Assembly (NCBI GenBank): GCA_032718475.1
Contig: JAUCBJ010006812.1
Location: 1 to 64,000, forward strand
DNA length: 64,000 bases
Reading direction: 5' to 3'
Source: Nemertoderma westbladi
Taxonomy: Eukaryota; Animalia; Xenacoelomorpha
The first letter of the stretch is position 1. Every line of letters starts with the position of its first letter. Below, in pieces: positions 14,432-25,855 of this stretch. The notes under the pieces were generated by a model. It was not told the origin of the DNA, made no database searches, and saw nothing but the letters and a program-made list of their open reading frames with translations. The position numbers were made by a program, and so were the translations under genes.

Positions 14432-15630
14432 GCCGGTAGCTACTACCTAGCGCTGTAGGCCTAGCTAAATCGCAGTCTGTCTGTAGTGCCTGGTGTAATC
14501 TGGGACTGCTATGGTACCGGTAGGCCTACGAGTTTGGCAGAGTTATGGAGGTTGTTTAGGCAGATAGGCCTACCGCTACCGGTAGTTAAAACATTCCAAT
14601 TGGATGCCGACAGGACGAAGATCAGTCAGTCAGTCCAAACGTACCCATTTGAATTTGGGTGAACAGACTGAATACAGGAATACCAGAATGACGGAGTTAG
14701 GAACATATACCCATGCTGCCAAGTACTCTAGCTTTATGAGATACCAGTACAGCAGTAACTGGCTGACAGGGTGCCAGTAGCTACTACCTAGCGCTGTCTG
14801 GCTGTAGGCCTAGCTAAATCGCAGTCTGTAGTGCCTGCTGCCTGGTGTACTCTGGGACTGCTATGGTACCGGCAGGCCTACAAGTTTGGCAGAATTATGC
14901 CAGTCAGGGAGAAGTTCAAATTTCAATTGAGTTCAAATTTAAAACTTTTTTTTTAAATTCAACTTTTAAGTTGTAAATTCAACTCTAAAATGGCAAGAGG
15001 CGCAGAAGGCCCCCAAGACGTGACATAAGGGGTGTTTTTATTGTTTTTATGGATGTAACTCGAAAAATTAACCCTCATTACCGATGGAATAAAAACTTTC
15101 ACCGTCGGGAACACCTTTTTTAAAACATTTTAAGTAATTACATTTGCAAATTAGCTTAAATACTATGGGAATTTATTAGATGTATTTAATTAGGCTACCG
15201 CTGAATGTCATAATTATTATACAATGGAATACCAGTAATGGATTCCAATTCCATATTTCAGTATTTCGAAAGCTACTCCAAAAGTTGAATTTTAAAAAAA
15301 AAGTGGAATTTTAAACTCTAGGCCTACTCCAAAAGTTGAATTTTAATAAAAAGTTGAATTTTAAAAAATAAAGTTGAAATTTCAACTCAGTTGAAAATAT
15401 AACTTCTCCCCGACTGTATGGAGGTTGTTTAGGCGATAGGCGTACCAGCAGACCGGTAGTTAAAATGTTCCAATTGGATGCCGAATTGGTCAGTCAAAAC
15501 GTACCCGTTTGAATTTGGGTGAACAGACTGAATACAGGAATACCGGAATGACGGAGTTAGGGACATATACCGGTACCCATGCTGCCATGTACTCTAGCTT
15601 TATGAGATACAAGTAACTGGCTGACAGGTA
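14432..15630. repeat. Local ~340-bp tandem duplication; second copy interrupted by a MITE
   Basis: GTAGCTACTACCTAGCGCTGT...GTAACTGGCTGACAGG occurs at ~14436-14770 and again at ~14777-14900 plus 15417-15628. Confidence 0.8.
14901..15416. mobile_element. MITE with CAGTC(A/G)GGGAGAAGTT terminal inverted repeats (Tc1/mariner-like)
   Basis: CAGTCAGGGAGAAGTT at 14901 and AACTTCTCCCCGACTG ending at 15416, followed by TA. It is absent from the first copy of the duplication. The left TSD is imperfect. Confidence 0.75.
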
Positions 15631-17049
15631 CGATATGATTGACATTACTACCATTGATACCATGGTTTGCAGGTTTGTGCCAAAAAAACCAAAAAAAACC
15701 TAAATTAACCCAAATCACACCAAATCTTAATTATTCTTCTAACAGCAACCCGGGCTATCTGACGATATGGATTTAGATCAATGAAGCAGATAGAGACCAT
15801 TGAAGGGCATCTTATGCATGCAAAAGAAAATATGATCAGTCCCAAATCATGCAGTCAGACCTGATCTTTTGCTGATCAAATACCGGTAGGTTAACTTGCC
15901 GATATGCAGTAACATTTTACGGTACAATTTGATGCGAAAATGTTTTGGCCAGTACTCTGAACCTTCCATTGGGGTCCCAGGTCACTCGCGTACCATGGTC
16001 ACTGTATCTGGCACCTGATTTTCTGAAATTTTGCACATAATTTCAAGAAGAATTCACTTTAGTGCAAATAATTAATTATAATTTATATAATGTTCTCTGG
16101 TATCTCTGGTGTCTTCCAAAAGAGCTCCACTTCCACCAGCTTAGGGTTATGTGATACTTCCACAAATAATAATACACAAGTAATATAAATTGGGGGGGTC
16201 TATGCGCCTGTCGATTTATACGAATCGACAGGCGCAACAAAAGTATTTGGAATATTATGCCCATGTATACTAATATATGTAAGCCTTCAAGTATAAACGA
16301 AACTGACCTTAACAAAATCAAGGTAGGCATACTCACTTAATTTAATTGCATTGATCATATTGTTTGTACTGTTATTTTACCGTCAGTTATTAATTGTAAA
16401 TATTTGTTGATGGAAATATTGCTATTTGGATAATACGGATAAATCACCCAATTCCCAATTTTCTTGATAACACTACAGGTTAGAGAGACCGGCTATATAT
16501 AACAATTGCGATTTATATTAATGTGGTGTGTATTGAATCCAATGTTATTTAGCAGACCCTACGTGAGTCAATTACTGCTCTCTTTATGTGTGATCAAATG
16601 TACTGACTGTCGGCAGAATAGTGTGTATGATCGTGATTGGTAACAAAGTATTTCCTAAAGAATACGCTTTATACTTTAATCATAAGCAGTATCGTTGCGT
16701 TTAGTATAAGTCCTAGTTCTGTTTAAATAGATAAAGCGCCACGTCCTAAAGGAACTGTTAATATTTCCCGAAAGCCAATAATATCTGTCAGAGATTAATT
16801 ATTAACGATCTATCGAATAATACATTAGGTATACACTGCAACCTTACACTGTAATAATACAATTCAAGCATCCGAATTCAGTCTCCCGGGTGTAGATCCA
16901 TCGGGTGAATGATCGCGCATGGGCTGACTTCGGCTAATGTTTTGCGTATTAGCATAAATTATTGTCGTATGCTAAAGTGGTTTTAATTAACGAAAAGACA
17001 TATAAATTTTGGCAGGTTAAACTGCTAAAGGTCTTCAAAAGCGCGAACA

Positions 17050-17367
17050 GACGTGCTGATGAGGGGAGGGGAGGGGGTCAGCCAAAATCTGACGTCAGCA
17101 TGGTCATTTATAGGTGCTAGAAGAGATATAGCAGAAGAGTAAATAGCTTGCCTATTTTAATTGTTCGAAGCCCCCGAAGGCCCGTATAGCACGACCTTCT
17201 GTTTCAGTTACCAGTCACCATCTTTCAGTGATTAGGACGCAACAATTTTTTTAATCTGATTTAGGGGAGGGGGGTGGGTCAACGCCTATCTGATGACATC
17301 TGATTTAGGGGAGGGAGGGGGTCAACATTTTGGGGAAAAGTGCAGACGTCATACTTGGATGGCCCCT
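17050..17367. mobile_element. Partial PIF/Harbinger-like MITE (one terminus only)
   Basis: Repeated AGGGGAGGG..GGGTCA motifs and the terminus GACGTCATACTTGGATGGCCCCT, which resembles AGGGGCCATCCA-type Harbinger MITE ends. No partner end was found. Confidence 0.45.
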
Positions 17368-17555
17368 ATAAGGAAGGGTGATTAAGGGGTCTTAACTTCG
17401 AATGATAAGTTTATTTTACCGAAAATAACTTACCTTTTATTGGTGCAATTGTAGGACTAATCCCATCACAATATGCTTACTTTTTTTTTAAACCGAGTGT
17501 ACTAATTTAGGAATCGCGTAATTTTTCTTGAAATTAATATCTCGTATCTCTCCAA

Positions 17556-17598
17556 ACCACGTACGCGTTTCGACCTTACTGGGTCGAATCAGCGTGGT
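17556..17598 (-). ncRNA. Minimal type I hammerhead ribozyme motif, core mutated (CUGAUUC)
   Basis: Minus strand reads ACCACG CTGATTC GACC CAGTAA GGTC GAAA CGCG TA CGTGGT. Stems I, II and the palindromic stem III are intact. Confidence 0.7.
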
Positions 17599-17869
17599 GT
17601 CGGATTCGAACCTGGGACCTCGAGGAGGTAGCCGAGACTACAAACCACTAGGCCACAGGTTCTTGAGATATGGAGTATTAATTTCAAAGCCAGCTGCCAT
17701 TTTATTAGCCCCTGATTTTTATTATTGATAGTAACATTGTGTTGGCAAGCTGTATTTTTCGAGGTGTTTGTTACAGTATTATACATTATTATAAGGAAGG
17801 ATATAGGGGTCTAGTGGTTGTAGACTCAAGTCTCGGCTTCCTTCTCGAGGTCCCAGGTTCAAATCCGAC

Positions 17870-17912
17870 ACCAAGCTGATGAGACCCAGTAAGGTCGAAA
17901 GGCGTACGTGGT
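17870..17912 (+). ncRNA. Minimal type I hammerhead ribozyme motif, core intact, stems I and III with single mismatches
   Basis: Reads ACCAAG CTGATGA GACC CAGTAA GGTC GAAA GGCG TA CGTGGT. Confidence 0.75.
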
Positions 17913-19101
17913 TTGGAGAGATGTGAGATATTAATTTAAAGAAAAATTACGCGATTCCTAAATTTGTACACTACCCGGTTAAAAAAGTACGCATGTGATG
18001 GGATTAGCCCTACAATGGCGCCAATAAAAGATAAGTTATTTTCGGTAAAATAAACTTATCATTCGAGGTTAAGACCCCTAGATCCCTTCCTATAATAAAT
18101 GTATAATAACAAACGTATATCTCGAAAATACAGCTTGCCAGCACAATGTTACTTGTCCCCCTGACACTTACTCTCCCCTAATCCATTTCTATTGAACAGG
18201 CAGTTTTAAGGGATTGGGGGGTGGGTTGACTAATACCGATATTTTTATGAGGGTTTCAAAACATCAAACCGTTTGTTAATAGCTAATATAGATAAAAAGT
18301 TATGAGTGATAATGTTAACCTTATTCTGTGTAGGTGTCTGTGAAAACTGACAGTCTGGGATAATGTTGCTGGCGGTTTTGTGTGCTGTCAAAGTATAAGA
18401 AAAGCATTCATTATATTATGTACTATAGGTACCGGTACTACAGCGTTGATTCAACCCCTGGTGTCAGGCTTCCTTGCCCTGATGTCAATTTTTCCATGTC
18501 CATTTTTCCAATTTTTTGGTTTAGTATCTGATCAATTTTATGTCTGTCTAGTTTATATATTGATTAGGATTACTCTGTTTGTTTGTTGGACAGTTAACTA
18601 GGGATTTTGTTTGTATTTTGTGGCCTGTGATGCGTTTTCTTAAAACAGGAAAATTGTCAATAAATTATATATATATTATTTTAATCTTAAGATCTGTTAG
18701 TTAGTTACTTCTTTTATTCAATAAATCTTGGAGATAAACAAAATATCAACACGGCTGTTGACACCAATAAGTGTCATCTGTTAATTATATTGAACAAGCG
18801 TCGTAGTCCCAATGTTGCTAAGCAACACCTTACCGGTAATAATACTACGGTACCGGTACTGTAAATAACTACATCAAAATTATATTAAGATCTGAATATA
18901 ATATAGTTACAGAAGCACAGACAAAAATAAGATAAATTAATAAACCTTCAATCGACCGGTAATGTTTTTATTTTAAATGTGCATTTTGGCATTATCTGTG
19001 CCAAAGGAAAATGCCACGATGACGTAGATTTATTTAAAAATAAATATGATGTGCATTAATAAAAAAGTTAATCAAAGTTAATTTTTAATGTACTGTAGGG
19101 C

Positions 19102-22100
19102 CTACGTCCCTTTTAGTCCAATATTGGCATGCGCAATTTGTTTTCGTGCGGAAGAACCATCACCTTTCGTCTTTTTAATTTCGTATTTAATTTTATTTAT
19201 GATGAGGGTCAAACAGATCTTGGAAAGAAGAGGCTCCTTAGCCTGAATACTTCTAATTAATTTATTTCCAGGAAATTCGGCGCACAGGATATGTCTTCCA
19301 AAACTTTTATTGAGGGCGGCGAGCTCTTCAGCAGACCACAATTTCCGAGGTTTGTAAGGCATTATATTTCTCTTTACAATAGGAGATAATCCATTACCGG
19401 TGTCACTAATGTACTCTTGCGTATAATCACTATTAGCGCCCGTGTGCATGTGTTTGTGCGCATTCGGAGCTTCGTTGCTCCTACTAGTGTCGTTAACAAT
19501 GGGATGTTCCCCAGTGAGCGCCCATTGCTGTGTGGTATTATCGCTGTCTTCCCGTGGTTGATGAACAGAGGATCCGGCTTGGTAGTCGAGATAGGAATGA
19601 CTCCGGGCTGTTACGTTATTGGTTGTGGAAAGCATGTCTGAGTCAACCGAAAGTAGTTGAGTTTGTGGGGGCAGACCTTGGGCTGTGTGGGGAGCCAATG
19701 TGTGTGTATGTGGGGGGAGACCTTGGGCTGTGTGGGAAGCCGATGCGTGTGTGTGTGGGAGGAGACCTTGGGCTGTGTGGGGGATCGAGGGGTGGGTTTG
19801 TGGAGGAAGACCTTGGGCTGTGTGGGGGACCGAGGAGTGGGTTTGTGGAGGGAGACCTTGGGCTGTGTGGGGGGCCGATGGGTGTGTATGTTGGGGGAGA
19901 CCTTGGGCTGTGTGGGGGGCCGATGGGTGTATATGTGGGGGGAGACCTTGGGCTGTGTGGGGGGCCGATGGGTGGGTTTGTGGTGGGAGACCTTGGGCTG
20001 GGTGGGGGACCGAGGAGTGGGTTTGTGGATGGAGGCCTTGGGCTGTGTGGGGGGCCGATGGGTGTGTATGTGGGAGGAGACCTTGGGCTGTGTGGGGGGC
20101 CGATGGGTGTATATGTGGGGGGAGGCCTTGGGCTGTGTGGGTGGCCGATGGGTGGGTTTGTTTAGGGAGACCTTGGGCTGGGTGGGGGACCGAGGAGTGG
20201 GTTTGTGGAGGGAGACCTTGGGCTGTGTGGGGGGACGATGGGTGTGTATGTGGGGGGAGACCTTGGTATGTGTGGGGGGCCGATGGGTGTGTATGTGGGG
20301 GGACACCTTGGGCTGGGTGGGGGGCCGATGGGTGTGTATGTGGGGGGAGACCTTGGGCTGTGAGTGGGGCCGATGGGTGTATATGTGGGGGGAGACCTTG
20401 GGCTGTGTGGGGGGCCGATGGGTGGGTTTGTGGTGGGAGACCTTGGGCTGGGTGGGGGACCGAGGAGTGGGTTTGTGGATGGAGGCCTTGGGCTGTGTGG
20501 GGGGCCGATGGGTGTGTATGTGGGAGGAGACCTTGGGCTGTGTGGGGGGCCGATGGGTGTATATGTGGGGGGAGGCCTTGGGCTGTGTGGGTGGCCGATG
20601 GGTGGGTTTGTTTAGGGAGACCTTGGGCTGGGTGGGGGACCGAGGAGTGGGTTTGTGGAGGGAGACCTTGGGCTGTGTGGGGGGACGATGGGTGTGTATG
20701 TGGGGGGAGACCTTGGTATGTGTGGGGGGCCGATGGGTGTGTATGTGGGGGGACACCTTGGGCTGGGTGGGGGGCCGATGGGTGTGTATGTGGGGGGAGA
20801 CCTTGGGCTGTGAGTGGGGCCGATGGGTGTATATGTGGGGGGAGACCTTGGGCTGTGTGGGGGGCCGATGGGTGGGTTTGTTTAGGGAGACCTTGGGCTG
20901 GGTGGGGGGCCGATGAGTGGGTTTGTGGAGGGAGACCTTGGGCTGTGTGGGGGGCCGAGGGGTGGGTTTGTGGAGGGAGACCTTGGGCTGCCTGGGGGAC
21001 CGAGGAGTGGGTTTGTTTAAGGAGACCTTGGGCTGGGTGGGAGGCCGATGGGTGGGTTTGTTTAGGGTGACCTTGGGCTGGGTGGGGGGCCGAGGGGTGG
21101 GTTTTTTTAGGGAGACCTTGGGCTGGGTGGGAGGCCGATGGGTGGGTTTGTTTAGGGTGACCTTGGGCTGGGTGCGGGGCCGAGGGGTGGATTTGTTTAA
21201 GGAGACCTTGGGCTGGGTGGTAGGCCGATGGGTGGGTTTGTTTAGGGAGACCTTGGGCTGGGTGGGAGGCCGATGGGTGGGTTTGTTTAGGGTGACCTTG
21301 GGCTGGGTGCGGGGCCGAGGGGTGGATTTGTTTAAGGAGACCTTGGGCTGGGTGGTAGGCCGATGGGTGGGTTTGTTTAGGGAGACCTTGGGCAGGGTGG
21401 GAGGCCGATGGGTGGGTTTGTTTAGGGAGACCTTGGGCTGGGTGGGAGGCCGATGGGTAGGTTTGTTTAGGGTGACCTTGGGCTGGGTGCGGGGCCGAGG
21501 GGTGGATTTGTTTAAGGAGACCTTGGGCTGGGTGGGAGGCCGATGGGTGGGTTTGTTTAGGGTGACCTTGGGCTGGGTGGGGGGCCGATGGGTGGGTTTG
21601 TTTAGGGTAACCTTGGGCTGGGTGGGGGGCCGAGGGGTGGGTTTGTTTAGGGTGACCTTGGGCTGGGTGGGGGGCCAAGGGGTGGGTTTGTTTACGGAGA
21701 CCTGGTTCAATAACGCTGTTCACTTTATCCATACTGCTCCCAACCGCACCTACGAATGGTTTATACTCAGTTTCATCTTCTTCCTTGATGAATATAATTT
21801 CTGGATCATCTGGCGTATCTTGTAGATGCTGAGTAGAACAATGATGTGTGCCAGTAGCGGTTATTGTATTGGTGTAGAGGGGGTTGTTATACTTATAAGT
21901 ATATGATGAGAAAGTTGAAGGGGCAACTGCGTTATCAGATTCAATTGGATTAAATCTGGGTTCTATTGAATTCGGCATGGGAGCTGAAGGCACCGATCTG
22001 GGTTCTATTGTGTTCGGTATGGGAGCTGAATGCACCGATCTGGGTTCTATTGAGTTCGGTATGGGAGCTGAAGGCACCGATCTGGGTTCTATTGAGTTCG

Positions 22101-23221
22101 GTATGGGAGCTGAATGCACCGATCTGGGTTCTATTGAGTTCGGTATGGGAGCTGAAGGCACCGATCTGGGTTCTATTGAGTTCGGTATGGGAGCTGAATG
22201 CACCGATCTGGGTTCTATTGAGTTCGGTATGGGAGCTGAAGGCACCAATCTGGGTTCTATTGAGTTCGGTACGGGAGCTGAAGGCACCGACCTGGGTTCT
22301 ATTGAGTTCGGTATGGGAACTGAAGGCACCAATCTGGGTTCTATTGAGTTCGGTATGGGAGCTGAAGGCACCGATCTGGGTTCTATTGAGTTCGGTATGG
22401 GAACTGAAGGCACCAATCTGGGTTCTATTGAGTTCGGTATGGGAGCTGAAGGCACCGATCTGGGTTCTATTGAGTTCGGTATGGGAACTGAAGGCACCAA
22501 TCTGGGTTCTATTGAGTTCGATAATAGAGCTGAAGGCACTGATCTGGGTTCTATTGAGTTCGGTATGGGAGCTGAAGGCACCAATCTGGGTTCTATTGAC
22601 TTCCGTATGGGAGCTGAAGGCACCAATCTGGGTTCTATTGAGTTCGGTATGGGAGCTGAAGGCACCGATCTGGGTTCTATTGAGTTCGGTATGGGAACTG
22701 AAGGCACCAATCTGGGTTCTATTGAGTTCGATAATAGAGCTGAAGGCACTGATCTGGGTTCTATTGAGTTCGGTATGGGAGCTGAAGGCACCAATCTGGG
22801 TTCTATTGACTTCCGTATGGGAGCTGAAGGCACCAATCTGCATCTGCGTGTTATTAAATTCGAGTCGTTCTCTAAAGGGCCCTGTCTCTCGTCTATATGG
22901 TTTACTGTGGGGTGTATGTGGTTCAGTCTGGCTACCATAGGATTCAATCTTGCTAGTATTGAGTTCGGTGTTGATTTCATCTCGTTTTCTCCGTGGTTAA
23001 TTGAGTATGGTATGCTGTCTAATGGGTTCAATCTCTCGTCTATTTCGATTACAGTGGCTGCAGGATCTATTGAGTTTAGCCTGGATTCGATTGGCAATGA
23101 CCTTTTATCTTCCGGAGGGGTGTCTGTCTGCTTGATGCGCTGTGACGTCACCACGGACTGTTTGAAGGAGTAACCGGGGGTGGAATTGGAAGTGGGCGCA
23201 TCTGGGGATTTCCCACAGTAT
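19102..23221 (-). CDS. Exon 2 (last) of an uncharacterised ~1508-aa Pro/His/Ser-rich repeat protein with a C-terminal SANT/Myb/homeodomain-like helical segment
   Basis: A 4.1-kb ORF stays open through unique sequence on both sides of, and between, two repeat blocks. Acceptor GTTGTTTTATTGTAG|A at 23221 is phase-compatible with the upstream exon (CG|A = Arg). The C-terminus reads RKLWSAEELAALNKSF..FPG..EPLL..IINKIKYEIKK. Confidence 0.75.
19670..21705. repeat. Coding minisatellite, 45-bp unit (~45 copies), G-rich on the plus strand
   Basis: Unit such as GGAGACCTTGGGCTGTGTGGGGGGCCGATGGGTGGGTTTGT..; encodes the 15-aa repeat QTHPSAPH(P/T)AQG(L/H)P(K/P). Confidence 0.95.
21955..22838. repeat. Coding minisatellite, 42-bp unit (~21 copies)
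   Basis: Unit TCTGGGTTCTATTGAGTTCGGTATGGGAGCTGAAGGCACCGA; encodes PNSIEPRSVPSAPI. Confidence 0.95.
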
Positions 23222-23344
23222 CTACAATAAAACAACACGTACCGGTATAATTACACCACACTTACGCAATATAATAGCACACTATATGAGATTTGAAACA
23301 GAATTACTTCAACCTATTACTACAAACTTTATTAAACCTTCCTT

Positions 23345-23990
23345 TTCTTTATACAGTATATGACACGTTCGTGGGGCCTTCGCGCAGCACGAGAGCCTAT
23401 ATTAGAAAGTACATCTTAATCTTTAATCTCTAATAATCTTTATTAGATATGAAAACTGTCTTTCCTAAAATATTTTTGAGTGAAGGCGATGCTATCAGTT
23501 TGTGATAAACTAGTTGTAAAAATAGAGATCCATTTCAGTTTCCCCTTACACACTTATCTGTCATTTGTAAACCTTCTAACTAGGGCTATTAAAGTCAAGT
23601 ATGACATTTTTAGTTTTACAATACTATTCACCTTCATTAGCCTCGTTGCGCTCGTCCTGTTTTGTCTTAAAATAATTTCCCTAAACGGAGACTAACGACC
23701 TTTATAACTGTACAAAGTCTCGAAACTGTGAGAGTAACTGCTGATTTATGTCAGATGGATACTAGTATCCACTGTAAACTCGTTGCGTTCATACGTTTTT
23801 GACCAAACTTGAGATTCTTTCTAAACTTTTGCCGGACTACATACGTACCAAGTTTCGTTTAATTTCATCAAGGAATAACCGAGTTATTAGCGATCAAAAA
23901 TTTACGACAGACGACGACGACAGACAACTCGTTAATGATACCCAAATGCTAAGGCTTCGCTCACTTCGTGGCTCGCCCCAAATATAACTT
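23345..23990. mobile_element. Helentron-associated (HINE/DINE-1-like) non-autonomous element in an intron
   Basis: TACCAAGTTTC...GACAGACGACGACGACAGACA microsatellite followed by a short GC-rich terminal stem region (CGCTCACTTCGTGGCTCG), with a GC-rich motif at the other end. Confidence 0.45.
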
Positions 23991-24049
23991 TGAATGTTGA
24001 ATTTTTGATACTTTTCATTGGGCACCGCTTGACGAAGTCGGCATCTAAC

Positions 24050-24112
24050 AGGGTGACCTCCAGGGATCGAACAGGTGACCCCCAGACTGGTAGTTTGGCA
24101 TTCTAACCAAAG
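24050..24112 (-). mobile_element. Degenerate tRNA-derived SINE head
   Basis: Minus strand has TGGTTAGAATG...GTTCGATCCC (A- and B-box-like); no intact cloverleaf. Confidence 0.35.
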
Positions 24113-24625
24113 GTTGACATAGAAAAACTACTGATGTATTTTCATTGTATGTCTACACTATCCCTATACACCATCCCTCATGGCCACCCACACCCCTCCA
24201 CCAATCATCTGCAGCCATTGCGCTCAACGCTAATTAATGTACTTGATAGCCCATCCAATCAGCTACAGTGAAAGAGTAGTGCATATTTAACTACGAGTTA
24301 TCATGATCACTATAATTAAAGTGGTATTGAAGGTTAACATTTCCTTTACAGTGTTTGGAGCGTCCAAATTCCAAACAATTCGATCCAAATCCAACAGGGT
24401 GGCCATAGCCCAACGGAACGGAAATGTCTACAATGTTTTTTTACATATTGGCTATAAGCAATAATGTAAATTAAGATGCCTATGTATGCCTACGTGAATG
24501 CGTGGCGAAGTATGAAATTTTAATATCTTAATTTACAAATTTGACATGAAATTTTTTGTTTCTCTCATTAAAAAATTCCACCAACAATGAAAAAAAGTGA
24601 TACTTCTTTCTCACTAGATACTTAC

Positions 24626-25032
24626 CGAGATTTCTTACGGTAAATCACTCTCATCCCAGCATTATTGTGCAGGTACCTAAACGGTGACGTCACCGATGAC
24701 CTCATTGATCTCTGCCTCAGACTCTTCTCGAGGTAAATTGTGGGTGGTACATAAGCCGTCGATTGTGGCGGGTAATGGGATAAGGCCGATGTTGTGGGGG
24801 TGTTGATAGAGTCAGAAGACATCGAACGCTTCAGCCACTTAGCAATATGTTCGGACGTACATTTAGAAACGACGTAATCCTCCAGAAAACTCGAGTTAGA
24901 GTCCAGGTATTCTTTGAGAAAGTTACGCAAAAACGAACCATTTTCCAAACAAATGATAGCGAATATGGATTTGTTAATTATTAAGGCCTTGGCCGATTCA
25001 CCAGTAAGTTGCATTGTCTCCTCAGATTCCAT
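24626..25032 (-). CDS. Exon 1 of the same uncharacterised gene
   Basis: ATG at 25032, 135 codons plus 2 nt of non-repetitive ORF (MESEETMQLTG...), ending at consensus donor TCTCG|GTAAGT. Confidence 0.7.
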
Positions 25033-25855
25033 ATTATATTACAGGATAAAGGACATTCTTATTTTGTAACAATCTGCACCAAACAACAGTTACAAACAAA
25101 ATTTTACAATATCAATTATTAGGCCAAAGACTAAACAATAAAGATGAATTCCAATATTGGCAGGATGAAGGTACCGGATTTGTACTAGTACATATTGTGA
25201 ACATGTAGATTGACTGGAAAGAAATCAAAAAATATTTGTTATTGTTTGTAGGTAACCTGGCAATGAATTCGAAAGTGGTTTCCCCAGACTAGGATGGACC
25301 AATACTGAGTCACTAACTCATCATTGCACGCGTGCAGTACGTCAGGGTAGATCATACTCATACTCACGTTGGTATAACACATTGTATGCGACGAATATAC
25401 TACACTTAGACCACAATAATAATTTACAAACTTTTTAAAAGTACCCAAGTAAATTATTATACTTAGATACATTATAACACAGATAACATTATTTCGTAGC
25501 ATATTAGTAGCATTATCTGTAGTACCAAGGCAGACAGCCAGGCGGCACGCTCACAAAATGAATGAGATGCGTGTTCCTTTTTGTCTATGTCTATATTTAA
25601 TTATTTAAACGGGTGAGTGATCAGTGATGTATAGAAAAGTAGCCATGAAGTATATTTCATCCTACAACATAATAATATTACTATCCATATTAGATTAAGG
25701 ATATATTATTTACATGAGGCCTCAAAATGCAATATAGCACTCCCAATATAATCACAGTACAGACATGAAGCTGATTCACTCCCAACACGTGTCCTTACAG
25801 GTGACCCAGCATTAAGGGATAGGCTCGACGCTTCCTTTGTTAGGAACTGCTACTG

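Larger units (their letters stand above)
17368..18152. mobile_element. Inverted pair of retrozyme/SINE-like units (tRNA-derived Pol III promoter followed by a hammerhead ribozyme)
   Basis: 17368-17652 is the reverse complement of ~17810-18093, and 17731-17810 is the reverse complement of ~18072-18152. The minus copy has A box TGGCCTAGTGG (17655-17645) and B box GGTTCGAATCC (17612-17602), immediately followed by a hammerhead motif. Confidence 0.75.

Noticed and set aside
17598-17875. Functional tRNA genes
   Set aside because: A and B boxes are present, but the acceptor and anticodon stems do not form a cloverleaf; these are SINE-like heads.
19417-23173. Overlapping plus-strand and alternative-frame ORFs rich in Gly, Trp and Cys
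   Set aside because: They are confined to the repeat blocks; shadows of the minus-strand coding VNTRs.
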